In this document: piece by piece, positions 50,248 through 60,381 of the stretch | Layout: every line of letters begins with the position of its first letter | How positions within the stretch are numbered: position 1 is the stretch's first letter | NCBI GenBank assembly: GCA_964202905.1 | Contig: CAXNJO010000009.1 | Span: 1-64,000 of the forward strand | Direction: 5' to 3' | DNA: 64,000 nt | Origin: Polyangiales bacterium | Lineage (GTDB): Bacteria; Myxococcota_A; Polyangia; Polyangiales; JADJQN01 | Notes under the pieces: model-generated | Told to the model about the DNA's origin: nothing | Databases searched by the model: none | Seen by the model: only the letters and a program-made list of their open reading frames with translations | Position numbers and translations under genes: made by a program

Positions 50248-53200
50248 CTACGCCCCCGAACCGTCGAGGATCCCGTGCTCGCCGAGGCGCCGGTAGAACG
50301 TGCGGCGCGGCATGCCGAGCCGTTCGGCGGCCTTCACGCGGTTCCAGCCGCACGCCTCGAGCGCCTCGAGAATCCGGCGCTTCTCCGCGCTCTTGTGCGC
50401 CTCGAGCGTCTCGGGGGGCGCGGACCCGCCGGGCGAGCCCGGCGCCGACGCGGCGGTCCTCGCGGGAGCCGGCTGCGCGGCGGCCGGGGCGGGCGGCTCG
50501 AGACCGAGGTCGGACGCCTCGATGATCGCGCCGTCCGCGAGCACCCAGGCGTGCAGCAGGAGATGCTCGAGTTGGCGCACGTTGCCCGGGAGCGGGTGGG
50601 CGGCGAGGCGCTCGACCGCGGCGCGCGAGAGGCGCTTCGGCCCGTCGCCGTGGCGCTCCGCGAAACGCGCGAGGAAGTGCTCCACGAGGAGCGGGATGTC
50701 GTCCGGCCGCTCGCGCAGCGGCGGCAACGACAGCGCGACGACGCTCAAGCGGTAGAAGAGATCCTCGCGGAACTGTCCGCGCTGCACGAGCGCGGCGAGG
50801 GACTTGTTCGAGGCCGCGATGACGCGCACGTCGACCGCCTCGTCGCGCTCGCCGCCGACCGGCCGCACGCGCCCCTCCTGCAGCACGCGGAGCAGCTCGA
50901 CCTGCATCTTCGGGGGCATGTCGCCCACCTCGTCGAGGAAGAGCGTGCCGCCGCTCGCCTGCGCGAAGACACCGCGGCGCTCGCGGTCAGCGCCCGTGAA
51001 CGCGCCCCGGACGTGACCGAAGAGCTCGCTCTCGAGGAGCGCCTCGGGGACGGCGCCGCAGTTCAGCGCGACGAAGGGGCGCTGCGCGCGCGCCCCCCCG
51101 TAGTGGATCGCGCGGGCGACCAGCTCCTTCCCGGTGCCGCTCTCGCCGTGAAGCACGACGGGGACCGCGGTGTCGCGGACGCGGTCGATCACGGCGAAGA
51201 CGCGCCGCATCGCGTCGCTGCGGCCGACGATCCCGTCGCGGTCGAAGGTGCGCACGAGTTCCGTGCGCGCGCGGTCGAGCTCGCGCCGCGCGTCGTCGAG
51301 CTCGGCGGTGCGGGCGACGAGCAGGCGCTCGATCTCCGCGTTGGCCGTCGCGAGGGCGCGGTTCGCCTCCTCGAGCTCGCGTCGGCGGCGCTCGTTCTCG
51401 TCGATGAGGCGCGCGTTCTCGAGGGCGATGGCGGCCTGATCGGCGAACGCGAAGAGCAGGTCGAGGTCGGCCTCGTCGAAGCGGCCCCGCCGCAGCCGGT
51501 GCTCGAGGTAGAGCACCCCGACCGTGCGCGCGCGTCCCCGGATCGGCAGGCACGCCACGGAGCGCAGCATCAGTTTGTGCACGGACATGTACTCGCTGAG
51601 GCGGCGGTCGTCGCGGGCGTCGACCGTGACGATGGGCTCGCCGTCGATGAGCACGGCCTCGGCGATCGACTGACTGAACGCGACGTGGGCGTCGCCGGGC
51701 TGCGTGGTGTCGCGCGCCGCATGCGAGACCAGCGCGCCCGACGGGTCGACGAGCAGCACGAAGCCGCGCTCGGCGCCGGAGAGCTCCACGGCCGCGTCGT
51801 TGATGCGCTCGAGCAGACGCGTGACGTCGAGCTCGGTCGCGAGGCGCTTGGTGATCTCGAGCAGGCGCGCGGCGCGGTCCGCGAGCCCCCCCCCCGATCC
51901 ACGCGGGACGGCCGACTCCCCCGGCTCCGGCGCAGCCTCGGCACGGCTCGCGCGGCGGCGGACCTCACGGCGACGCGGGTCGTTCCAGAACGGCTCGCGA
52001 TGGTCGCGCGCGAGGCTCCCGGCGATGGCCTCGAGCGCCTCGACGGCCATCTGCTCGTGGCGCCGCGAGAGAAAATCAGCGCCGCGCTGCGCGTGGACGT
52101 GCCCCGCCGCCGCGAGCACCTGCCACTCGAGGTCGCGATCGCCGGCCGCGCGCACGTCGCGGAGGGCCTCTTCGAGGTCGCGGGCCGCGCCGTCCACGTC
52201 GCCCGCGGCGCCGCGCGCCCGCGCCAGCAAGACCCGCAGCCGCAGCCGGAAATCGCCCGTGCCCTCCTCCGCGGCGAGCGCGCGCGCCTGCGCGAGACGC
52301 GCCGCCGCGGCCGAAGCATCCGCGGGGCCGTCGCGGTCGAGCAGCACCTCCGCGCTGTCGAGCAGCGTCTCGGTGACCTCGCGCGGCTGACCGAGCGCGC
52401 GGTAGCGGGCGGTGGCGTCGTCGTAGCCGGCGAGCGCGCCATCGACGTCGCCCTCGCGCGCGGCCCGCTCGGCGAGCACGCTCGTCGCCTGCGCCGCGAT
52501 CGCGCGGAGCCCCGCCTGCCCGGCCTCGAGGAGGACGTGCGCGGCCTCGGCGCGCGCGCGCTCGTACAACCCGAGATAGACGAATACATTCGCGAGGTTG
52601 ACGCGCGCACCGAGATCGGCCGGGACGCGACCGGCGCGACGCGCGAGCCGCGCGGCGGCCTCGTAGTGCTCGGCGGCGCGCGCGGGGTCGCCGAGCGCGT
52701 AGGACACGGTGCCGAGGTTCAGCGCGAAGGTCGCCATGCTGCCGACGTCACCGAGTTCGCGCGCGATGTCGAGGCTCTGCGCGTAGAGGTCCCGCGCCTC
52801 CGCGAGTTCTCCGGCGCGCTGGTGGTCGATCGCGAGGAAGGTCAACACGTTCGCCTCGTCGCGGCGGGCGCCGGCAGCCCTCGCGACCCCGAGCGCCTCG
52901 TCGTAGCGGCCCCGCGCGCGCGCCCGGTCGCCGCGATAGCTCGCGACCATGCCCGCGGAGGTGAGCAGCTCGACGCGCACGGGGTCGGCGGTGCCGCCCG
53001 GTATCGCGGCGAGGGCCCCGAGGCCGTCCTCGGCTGCGGCGAGCGCCGCGTCGTAGTCGCCACGGCGGAGATGCACCTTCGCGAGCTCGCGATCGGCGAG
53101 GGCCCGCGCGCGTGCGGGCAGCTCCTCGGGCAGGGTCGCGAGCACCGCCACGGCCTCGTCGTAGCGGCCCGCCGCGGTGAGGGCGCGGCCCTCGGCCACG

Positions 53201-55376
53201 CGCGCGGCCGCGTACTCCGACGGGCTCGCGCCCGGCTCGGCGCACACGGCGCGTGCGGCCGCGCAGGCGGCATCGTACTCGCCGGTCGCGTAACGCAGGC
53301 GCGAGAGTTCGAGTCGCGTCGCGCGGCCCCCCGCCGCGTCGGTATGGGGCAGCGCGGCCTCGAGGAGCCCCGCGGCGACCCGCGTCGCCCCCTGGGCCTC
53401 GAGTTCGCGCGCGGCGGACGGCGCATGCAGTCGGACCGCGACGGGGTCTCCGGCCGCGAGCGCGAGCCGCGCACGCAGCAGCACGACGGCGGGGCCCGAC
53501 TCGAGCGGCGCCGCGAGCAGCCGCGCCGCGAGCGACCGCGTGCCCTCGGCGCCGAGCTCGTCGCGGACCGCGGCGGCGAGCGGCGCGTCGGCGAGCGCGA
53601 GGTCTCGCCGGAGCGCACGACGAGCCCCAGCGACTCGAGCCCCCACAGCCCCGTCGCCGCCACGCTGTCCGCGCCCCAGCAGCGCGCGCCCGAGCGCGCC
53701 CGCCACGCCCTCGGCGGTGCGCCCGCGAGCGCGAGCACTCGAAGCAGCGGCAGCGCGCCCGCCGGCGCCGAGGCGAGCCGCACCTGCGCGAGGCGCGCGC
53801 CCGCCTCACCAGGCGGCAACGCGTGCACGTCGTCGGCGGTCGGCGCCGGCAACGTCGAGAGCGCCGCGAGCGCCTCCACGACGGCCCCGGCGACGCCGCC
53901 CGTGCGCGCAGCCACCGCGACGGCGACGGCCGCATCGACCGGGCCGAGCGCCTCCGCGGTGAGCGCCGCGACGTCGGCGTCGGAGAGCGGGTCGAGCGCC
54001 ACCCGCTCGTGCCCCCCGAGCGCCGCGACGGATGGGGCGCGGGCGTCGGCCGCGCTCGCCACGATCAGCGTCCCCTCGACGCCCTCGGCGTGGAGCGCGC
54101 CCCGCAGCGCGGCGCCAAAGCCTGGCTCGGCAGCGTCCAGGTCATCCACGAGCAGGACGGCGCGCCCACGTCGTCCGACGGCCGCGAGCAGACGCACGAG
54201 CGCGTCCGTGAGCGCCGAGTCGCTGCCGCCCTCCCCCCGCGCGAGCGCCTCGAGCGCGCGCTCCCCGACGTGCCGCGCGAGGTCGTCCTCGCTCGCGAGC
54301 ACCACGGCTTGCCGGACGAGCTGCGCGAGCGGCGCGAGCCCGTCGCCGCCCCGGGCAGCCGCCTCGAGCACCCGCGTGCCCCGCACCTGCAAGCGCCACT
54401 TCAGCTCGCGCAGCAGGGTCGTCCGCCCGGCGCCCCGCACGCCCTCGACCAGCGCGACGGGCGACGCGAGCGCCGGACGCTCGACGACCCAGCGGTCGAG
54501 CTGCGCGAGCGCCGCGCCGTGCCCGCGGGGCCGAGGCGCGACGAAGCCCGGAGGGGCCGCGACGCGCGCCGCGGTCGGGAGCAGCGCGGCGAGCGCGACG
54601 GCGAACTCATCGACCGACGCGACGCGCAGGGACGGGTCGGCCGCGAGCGCGCGCAGCGCGACCGCGAGCGCACGCGCCTCGAGCGGCGGCACACCGGTCG
54701 GCACGACGGGCAGCGCCCCCGCGAGGCGCGCGGCGAGGCCCTGGACGGCACCGTCCACATGCGGTGGCGCGCCGCGCAGGACGGCCCAGAGCGTCGCGCC
54801 GAGCGCGTACACGTCGCCACGGACCGACGCGGCCCCGCCCACGAGCAGCTCGGGCGCCATGAACCCCGGCGTCCCACCCGAAGGCTCGGCGACCCCGCGC
54901 TCGCGGCCGCTGCGCGCCAGCCCGAAGTCGATGACGTGCGGGTCACCGGCGCGATCGACGATGACGTTCCCGGGCTTCAGGTCCCCGTGCACGATGCCCT
55001 GCCGGTGGAGCGGCGCGACGACCGCGGCGACGCGCGCCATGAGCGCGACGCGCTCTTCGACCGGGAGCCGGGCCGCGACGCGATCGAGCGGGTCCCCGTC
55101 GATGTAACTCCGCGTGAAGAATGGGCCGCCGGGGTCGTCGCCGTCCCGCTCGGCGAGGCCGAAGTCGAGGACGCGCGCGACGCCCGGCAGCGCGATCTGC
55201 GCGAGCACCACGAACTCGCGCTCGAACGAGGCGCGGAGCAATTCGTCGGCGCGCGCGGCGAGGCGCTTCAGCGCGACCGGCGGACCGCCGCGGACACGGT
55301 CCTCGACGAGGTAGACGCCGCCCGCCGCCCCTGCGCCGAGCGTCCGCAGCACGTGGTAGCGGCTCGAGGTGCGCAC
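50248..55376 (-). CDS. Ser/Thr kinase-ATPase-TPR-GAF-sigma54 activator-Fis HTH (about 1700 aa); apparent frameshifts at 53600-53715
   Basis: Kinase (VALK, HGDLKPGN, DFG, GTPGFMAPE) and GVRGAGRTT/LLVDD in ORF 52842..55376. TPR, GAF, GESGTGKE, ESELFGHVRGAFTGA, LFLDE and HTH in ORF 50248..53706. Confidence 0.88.
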
Positions 55377-55394
55377 GGGGCGACTCTACGAACT

Positions 55395-55420
55395 GGCACA
55401 GCCTCGCACAAGACGGCACA
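55395..55420. promoter_or_regulatory. Three (G/C)GCACA repeats at 10-bp period upstream of the activator gene
   Basis: GGCACA at 55395, CGCACA at 55405, GGCACA at 55415. Confidence 0.5.
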
Positions 55421-55450
55421 GCCGGGGCCGCACCGTTCCAAAAAAGCGGG

Positions 55451-56668
55451 TCAACTGCGCTGGATTTGGAAGCCGCCCGCCGCGATCGCGCGCTCGATCT
55501 CGTCCACATGGTCGAACCCGCGTGTCTCGAGCGTCAGCTCGACGGCGACGTGCCCGAGTTCGTAGCGCGCCGCCGTCCGCTCGTGGAGAATCTGCAGGAC
55601 GTTCGACGCCTGCGCGCCGAGGATCCCGAGCAGGCCGCTGAGCGCGCCGGGCAGGTCGGGCACGAGCACGCGCAGTCGCATCAGGCGCCCGCTCTTGACG
55701 AGGCCGCGGTCGATGATGCGCGAGATGACGTTGACGTCGATGTTGCCACCGCAAACGACGGCAGCGACCTTCTTGCCGAGCAGCTGCGGCAGGCGCTGGT
55801 GCACGAGCGCCGCGAGCGGGGCCGCGCCCGCGCCCTCGGCGACCGTCTTCTCACGCTCGAGCAGCAGCAGGATCGCCTCGGCGATCTCCTCCTCGTCCAC
55901 GAGCACGACGTCGTCGAGGTAGCGCTGACACACCGCGAAGGTGCGTGCGCCGACGGTCTTCACCGCGACCCCGTCCGCGATGGTCTTCGCGGCCGGCACG
56001 GTGACGGGCGCGCCCGCCTCGAGCGCGAGCTTCATCGAGGGCATCGCCTTCGGCTCGACGCCGTAGACCTTGATACGCGGGTTCGTCTCCTTGATCGCCG
56101 TCGCGACACCCGCGGCGAGGCCGCCACCACCCACCGCGACGACGACCGCGTCGAGGTAGGGGTTCTGCTCGACGAGCTCGAGGCCGATGGTGCCCTGCCC
56201 GGCCATCACGTCGTCGTCGTCGAAGGGGTGGATGAACGTCAGCCCCTCCGCCGCCTCGATGCGGCGCGCCTCCGCGTAGGCCTCGTCGTAATTCGCCCCG
56301 TGCAGCACCACCTCGGCGCCGAAGCCGCGTGTCGCGCTCACCTTCACGAGCGGCGTCGCGTTCGGCATCACGATGACCGAGCGCACCCCGAGGCGTCGCG
56401 CGTGGTAGGCGACGCCCTGCGCGTGGTTGCCCGCGCTCGCCGCGATGACGCCGCGCGCCCGGTCTTCCTCGGGGAGCGCGAGCAGCTTGTTCGCGGCGCC
56501 CCGCTCCTTGAAGGAGCCGCTCATCTGCAGGTTCTCGAGCTTCAGGTACAGGCGCATCCCCGTGAGGTCGGAGAGCGTCTTCGTGTAGGCGCACGGCGTT
56601 TGGTAGACGGCGTCGCCGATGCGCTTCCGCGCGGCCTCGATGTCAGCGAAACTCAGCATCTGATTCAT
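55451..56668 (-). CDS. ilvA: Threonine ammonia-lyase with C-terminal ACT domain
   Basis: KLENLQMSGSFKERG (PLP lysine), ASAGNHAQG, GQGTIG, VGGGGL, GGNID. Confidence 0.93.
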   Translation of the reverse strand: MNQMLSFADIEAARKRIGDAVYQTPCAYTKTLSDLTGMRLYLKLENLQMSGSFKERGAANKLLALPEEDRARGVIAASAGNHAQGVAYHARRLGVRSVIVMPNATPLVKVSATRGFGAEVVLHGANYDEAYAEARRIEAAEGLTFIHPFDDDDVMAGQGTIGLELVEQNPYLDAVVVAVGGGGLAAGVATAIKETNPRIKVYGVEPKAMPSMKLALEAGAPVTVPAAKTIADGVAVKTVGARTFAVCQRYLDDVVLVDEEEIAEAILLLLEREKTVAEGAGAAPLAALVHQRLPQLLGKKVAAVVCGGNIDVNVISRIIDRGLVKSGRLMRLRVLVPDLPGALSGLLGILGAQASNVLQILHERTAARYELGHVAVELTLETRGFDHVDEIERAIAAGGFQIQRS

Positions 56669-56698
56669 CTCCCCGGCGGGTCGCGGACGCGCGGGACG

Positions 56699-58183
56699 TC
56701 AGCGCTCGCCCGGCTCGTCGTCGTCCTCGAGGCGGCGCCGGAGGTCGCGCATGTAGTCCCCGGCCCCCGGCGCGATGCTCGGCGCGCGCTTCGGCGACGC
56801 GAGCAGCACGACGGGGTCGCGGCCCGCGTCGCCGTCGTCGAGTTCGAACAATTCGGGGGGCAGCGACGAGCGCCGCGCGAACGGCGCCGCGCCCGGCCCG
56901 TGCGGACGCGGAGCCGCGCGCGCGTCGTCGAAGCGCGCCGCGACGAGCGGCTCGGGCGGGAGACTGTCGAGCAGCGACTCCACGTCGTGGTCGGAGTCGG
57001 TCAGCGCGAGCAGCTCGACGGGTAGGCGCGCCGCCCCCGCGAACGACAACGCGGGAGGCGCGCGGAGCGTGAGCGGGTCGGCGTCGTCGACGCCGGGCGC
57101 GGGCGGCAGCTCGCTCAGCAGCCGCAGATCGTCGAAGAGCGTGTCGTCGTCGAGCTCGAGCGCGACCGGCCTCCCGCTCATCGTCGGCTGGGCCGCGGGC
57201 TCGCGCCAGTTGCCGAGCGCGGGCGGCGAACTCCCGACGTCCACGATGCCCGCGCTCTCCTCGTTCAGGCGCTCGTACGGGAAGACCTGCAACACGTGCC
57301 GCGCGACCGTACGCGGCCCCACGAGGAGGCCGTTGCGCGTGGCGAACTCCTCGAGCGCGAGCGCGAGGTGCGAGGCGCTCGGCGTGCGCTGACCGCGGTC
57401 GCGCTGCAGTGCCTGGAGCACGATGCGCTCGAGGTCGGGCGGGTAGTCCACGACGCGCGTGGAGGGAGGCGCCGCGTCCTGCTCGACGACCTGCGTCATC
57501 ACGTGGACGTCGGTGCCGCGGAAGAGCCGCGCGCCCGTCGTGAGTTCGTAGAGGATGACGCCGAGCGCGAAGACGTCGGCGCGCTTGTCGAGGGGGCGGG
57601 CCCGCACCTGCTCGGGGGCCATGTACGCGAACGTCCCCTTGACGACGCCGGCGTCCGTGTCGCGCCTCGCGGACGTGCGCGCGATGCCGAAGTCGAGCAG
57701 CTTCACGACGCCGTCGCGCGTGACCATGAGGTTCTGCGGGGTGACGTCGCGGTGGACGATGCGCAGCGGGCGCCCGGCCTTGTCGCGGCGCTCGTGCGCG
57801 TGGTGAAGGGCCTCGCAGGCCTGCATCACGATGCCGATCGCGACGGCGAGCGGCATCGGCTGGTGGCTGCGCGCACCGACCACGAGGAGGTCCGAGAGGT
57901 CGTGCCCGTCGACCCACTCGAGCGTGATGAACCAGTGCCCCCCCTCGGCGCCCAGCTCGAAGACCTGCGGGATGTTCGGGTGGCAGAGCTCCGCGAGGAG
58001 CCGCGCCTCGTCCTGGAACATCCGCAATTGCCGGTCGTCGTCCGCCAGATTGCGGAAGATCCGCTTGATGACCACGTCGCGGAAGAAGCCGCCCTCGCCG
58101 CGCTGCCGCGCGAGGAAGATCTCCGCCATGCCGCCCGCGGCCAACTTGCGGAGGAGCTCGTATCTGCCGAAGAGCTGGGTCAT
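56699..58183 (-). CDS. Cytoplasmic Ser/Thr protein kinase
   Basis: LAAGGMAEIF, VVIKR, HRDVTPQN, DFG, KGTFAYMAPE; acidic tail with no TM. Confidence 0.93.
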   Translation of the reverse strand: MTQLFGRYELLRKLAAGGMAEIFLARQRGEGGFFRDVVIKRIFRNLADDDRQLRMFQDEARLLAELCHPNIPQVFELGAEGGHWFITLEWVDGHDLSDLLVVGARSHQPMPLAVAIGIVMQACEALHHAHERRDKAGRPLRIVHRDVTPQNLMVTRDGVVKLLDFGIARTSARRDTDAGVVKGTFAYMAPEQVRARPLDKRADVFALGVILYELTTGARLFRGTDVHVMTQVVEQDAAPPSTRVVDYPPDLERIVLQALQRDRGQRTPSASHLALALEEFATRNGLLVGPRTVARHVLQVFPYERLNEESAGIVDVGSSPPALGNWREPAAQPTMSGRPVALELDDDTLFDDLRLLSELPPAPGVDDADPLTLRAPPALSFAGAARLPVELLALTDSDHDVESLLDSLPPEPLVAARFDDARAAPRPHGPGAAPFARRSSLPPELFELDDGDAGRDPVVLLASPKRAPSIAPGAGDYMRDLRRRLEDDDEPGER

Positions 58184-58398
58184 CGTGGGGGGCGAGCGGA
58201 GGGAGCTCCGCGCGGCGCCGGAGCATAGCGCGGCCGCGACGCGTGGATAGCGCAGACTTCGCGGCGCGCGGGCGCCCGCCGCACCACGGCGTCCGGCGAC
58301 GCCCCGTCGCGGGGGGCGTGCGGCGTGCATCCGAGCGCGCCGTCTCCCGCCTCGCACCCTTGAATCGGAGCACCCCGAGCCGTTAGCCTCCGCCCACC

Positions 58399-60381
58399 AT
58401 GACCCTGCCCTCCCCCGACGCTGCGACCCGCGCGCCCGTCACCGCGGGTGCCGTCGTCGGCGGCCGCTTCCGCGTCGAGCACACCGTGAGCGAAGACGCG
58501 CTCGGCGCCGTGCTCGCCGCGACCGACCAGAAGACCGGGAAGATGATCGCGTTGCGCATGCTGCCGCGCGAGTCGCTCGCAGACACGGCGGCCGCGGACT
58601 TCCTCCGCGCCGAGGTCCGCGCGGCCGCGGCGCTGCCACACAAGAACCTCGTCGCGGCCTTTGGGGCCGGGCAGGATCCGCACACGGGCTGGTACGTCGC
58701 CGGCGAGTGGGTCGACGGCGAGTTGCTCTCGCACACCGTCGCGCGGCGCCGCGCGAGCGGGCTCGGCGGCATGTCGCTGCGCGGTGCGATCGAGGTGGTG
58801 CAGCAGATCTGCGCCGCGCTCACGGCCGCGCACACGAAGACGGTCCACGGCGGTGTTCGGCCGAGCGTGGTCTGGGTCGGACGCAGCGGCCGCGCGAAGC
58901 TCGGCGACCTCGGCGTGACGCGCGCCCTGCTGCGCAGCGCGGGCGCGCAGGCGTTCGGCGACTCGGAGCAGGCGTGGCTCGCGCCCGAGGTCAAGGCCGG
59001 CGCGGAGCCGGACGCGCGCAGCGACGTCTTCGGACTCGGAGCGCTGCTCTACGCGATGCTCACGGGCCGCTCGCCGACGGAAGACTTCGTGCCCCCATCG
59101 CAAGCGCACCCGCACGCCGGGGCCGCGCTCGACGAGGTCCTGCTCGCCTGCCTCGCGCCGAGCCCCGCGGGCCGCATCGCGACCACGGAGGACGTGCGCG
59201 CACGACTCGACCCCTTCCTCCTCGACGCGCCCCCCGCGGCGGACGACGACTTCGGAGCCGTCGGCGCGCACAGCGAGCTCGCGATCGACGTCGGCCTCGC
59301 GACCGTGCGCCCGAGCCGCACCGACACCCTCGCCCCACCGGTGCCCGCGATCCCCGGCGCGGCGCGCCTCCCCGACGCGCGCCCGAAGGTCGGGCAGCGC
59401 GTCGCCGCGGGCGAGCAGTTCCGCACCTCGCTCCCCGGCGGCCCCGCGCCGCGAGCGCCCGCGCAGGAACCCGCCCAGGGCCGCGTGTCCTCCGGCGTGG
59501 ACCTCGGCACCTTGCTCGCGCGGATCACGGAGAACGACGCCCCGCGCTGGATGGTCGTCAAGGACAACCTCGATCACGGGCCCTTCTCGGGGCGCGAGCT
59601 GGTGCAGGCGATCCTCAAGGGCGAGGTCCTCGCCGAGCACGGGCTCCTCAACATGGACACGGGCGAGCGCAAGAAGGTGCGCGAGTTCGTCGAGTTCACC
59701 GAGTTCCTCGAGCAGCACCGGTTGCGCAAGACCGAGGCCGATCAGAAGGCCGCGCTCGAGCGCTCGGAGACCGTTCAGAAGGCGGGCAACGCGGCCAAAC
59801 TCCTCGTGGCCCTCGTCGTCCTCGGCGTCGTCGGCCTCGGCGTCGGGATCTTCATCGTCACGCGTCCCGACAAGGCGAACGAGCGCGTCGCCGATGCAAA
59901 CCTCGCCGATCTCTACGAGCGCGGCGAGATCAACATCACCGGCACCGCCGGCATCCTCCCTCCCCCGCCACGCGGCGCGGGACGACGGAGCGGCGGCTCG
60001 GGCCGATCGGGCGGCGGTGGTGGCGGCGGTGGCGGCATGACGTACGAGGAGGCCATGAATCAGGCCGTCAACCTCGGCGATGTCAGCGGCGGCGGCGGCG
60101 GCGGCGAGCGCCAACTCACCCCGAACGACGTCGCGGGCGTGATGAACCGCAACCTCAACGGGCTGTTCTCGTGTGTGAGCGCCGAGCTCCGCAGCGGCGG
60201 CGCGCTCTCGACGGTGCAGATCGACCTCGCCATCGCGGGCAGCGGACAGGTGCTCGGCGCCTCGTCGCGTCAGGGCAGCGGGACCTTTAAGACCTGCATC
60301 GGCAGCCGCGCCCGCGGCATCCGCTTCCCGACCTTCCCCGCGCCGCGCATGGGTGCGCGCTACTCCTTCTCGGTGGACTGA
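58399..60381 (+). CDS. Pseudokinase-GYF-like-TM-periplasmic (AgmX/TonB-C-like) protein
   Basis: Kinase fold with IALR, HGGVRPSV and DLG; W..KDNLDHGPFS GYF-like motif; TM; Gly linker; C-terminal domain with two Cys. Confidence 0.8.
   Translation: MTLPSPDAATRAPVTAGAVVGGRFRVEHTVSEDALGAVLAATDQKTGKMIALRMLPRESLADTAAADFLRAEVRAAAALPHKNLVAAFGAGQDPHTGWYVAGEWVDGELLSHTVARRRASGLGGMSLRGAIEVVQQICAALTAAHTKTVHGGVRPSVVWVGRSGRAKLGDLGVTRALLRSAGAQAFGDSEQAWLAPEVKAGAEPDARSDVFGLGALLYAMLTGRSPTEDFVPPSQAHPHAGAALDEVLLACLAPSPAGRIATTEDVRARLDPFLLDAPPAADDDFGAVGAHSELAIDVGLATVRPSRTDTLAPPVPAIPGAARLPDARPKVGQRVAAGEQFRTSLPGGPAPRAPAQEPAQGRVSSGVDLGTLLARITENDAPRWMVVKDNLDHGPFSGRELVQAILKGEVLAEHGLLNMDTGERKKVREFVEFTEFLEQHRLRKTEADQKAALERSETVQKAGNAAKLLVALVVLGVVGLGVGIFIVTRPDKANERVADANLADLYERGEINITGTAGILPPPPRGAGRRSGGSGRSGGGGGGGGGMTYEEAMNQAVNLGDVSGGGGGGERQLTPNDVAGVMNRNLNGLFSCVSAELRSGGALSTVQIDLAIAGSGQVLGASSRQGSGTFKTCIGSRARGIRFPTFPAPRMGARYSFSVD

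Noticed and set aside
53600..53715. Programmed frameshift separating kinase and activator
   Set aside because: Several nearby frame switches and no slippery site; sequencing error is more parsimonious.
49726..55107. 1793-aa plus-strand ORF, and similar long ORFs at 3078..7742, 8534..12334, 29739..34448, 29834..34099 and 728..2272
   Set aside because: Antisense or off-frame shadows of real genes; Arg/Ala-rich with no motifs, as expected at this GC content.
55394..55408. TGGCACAGCCTCGCA as a sigma54 promoter
   Set aside because: The GG-GC spacing is one base short and it points into the 3' end of ilvA; it is better explained as part of the phased repeat.
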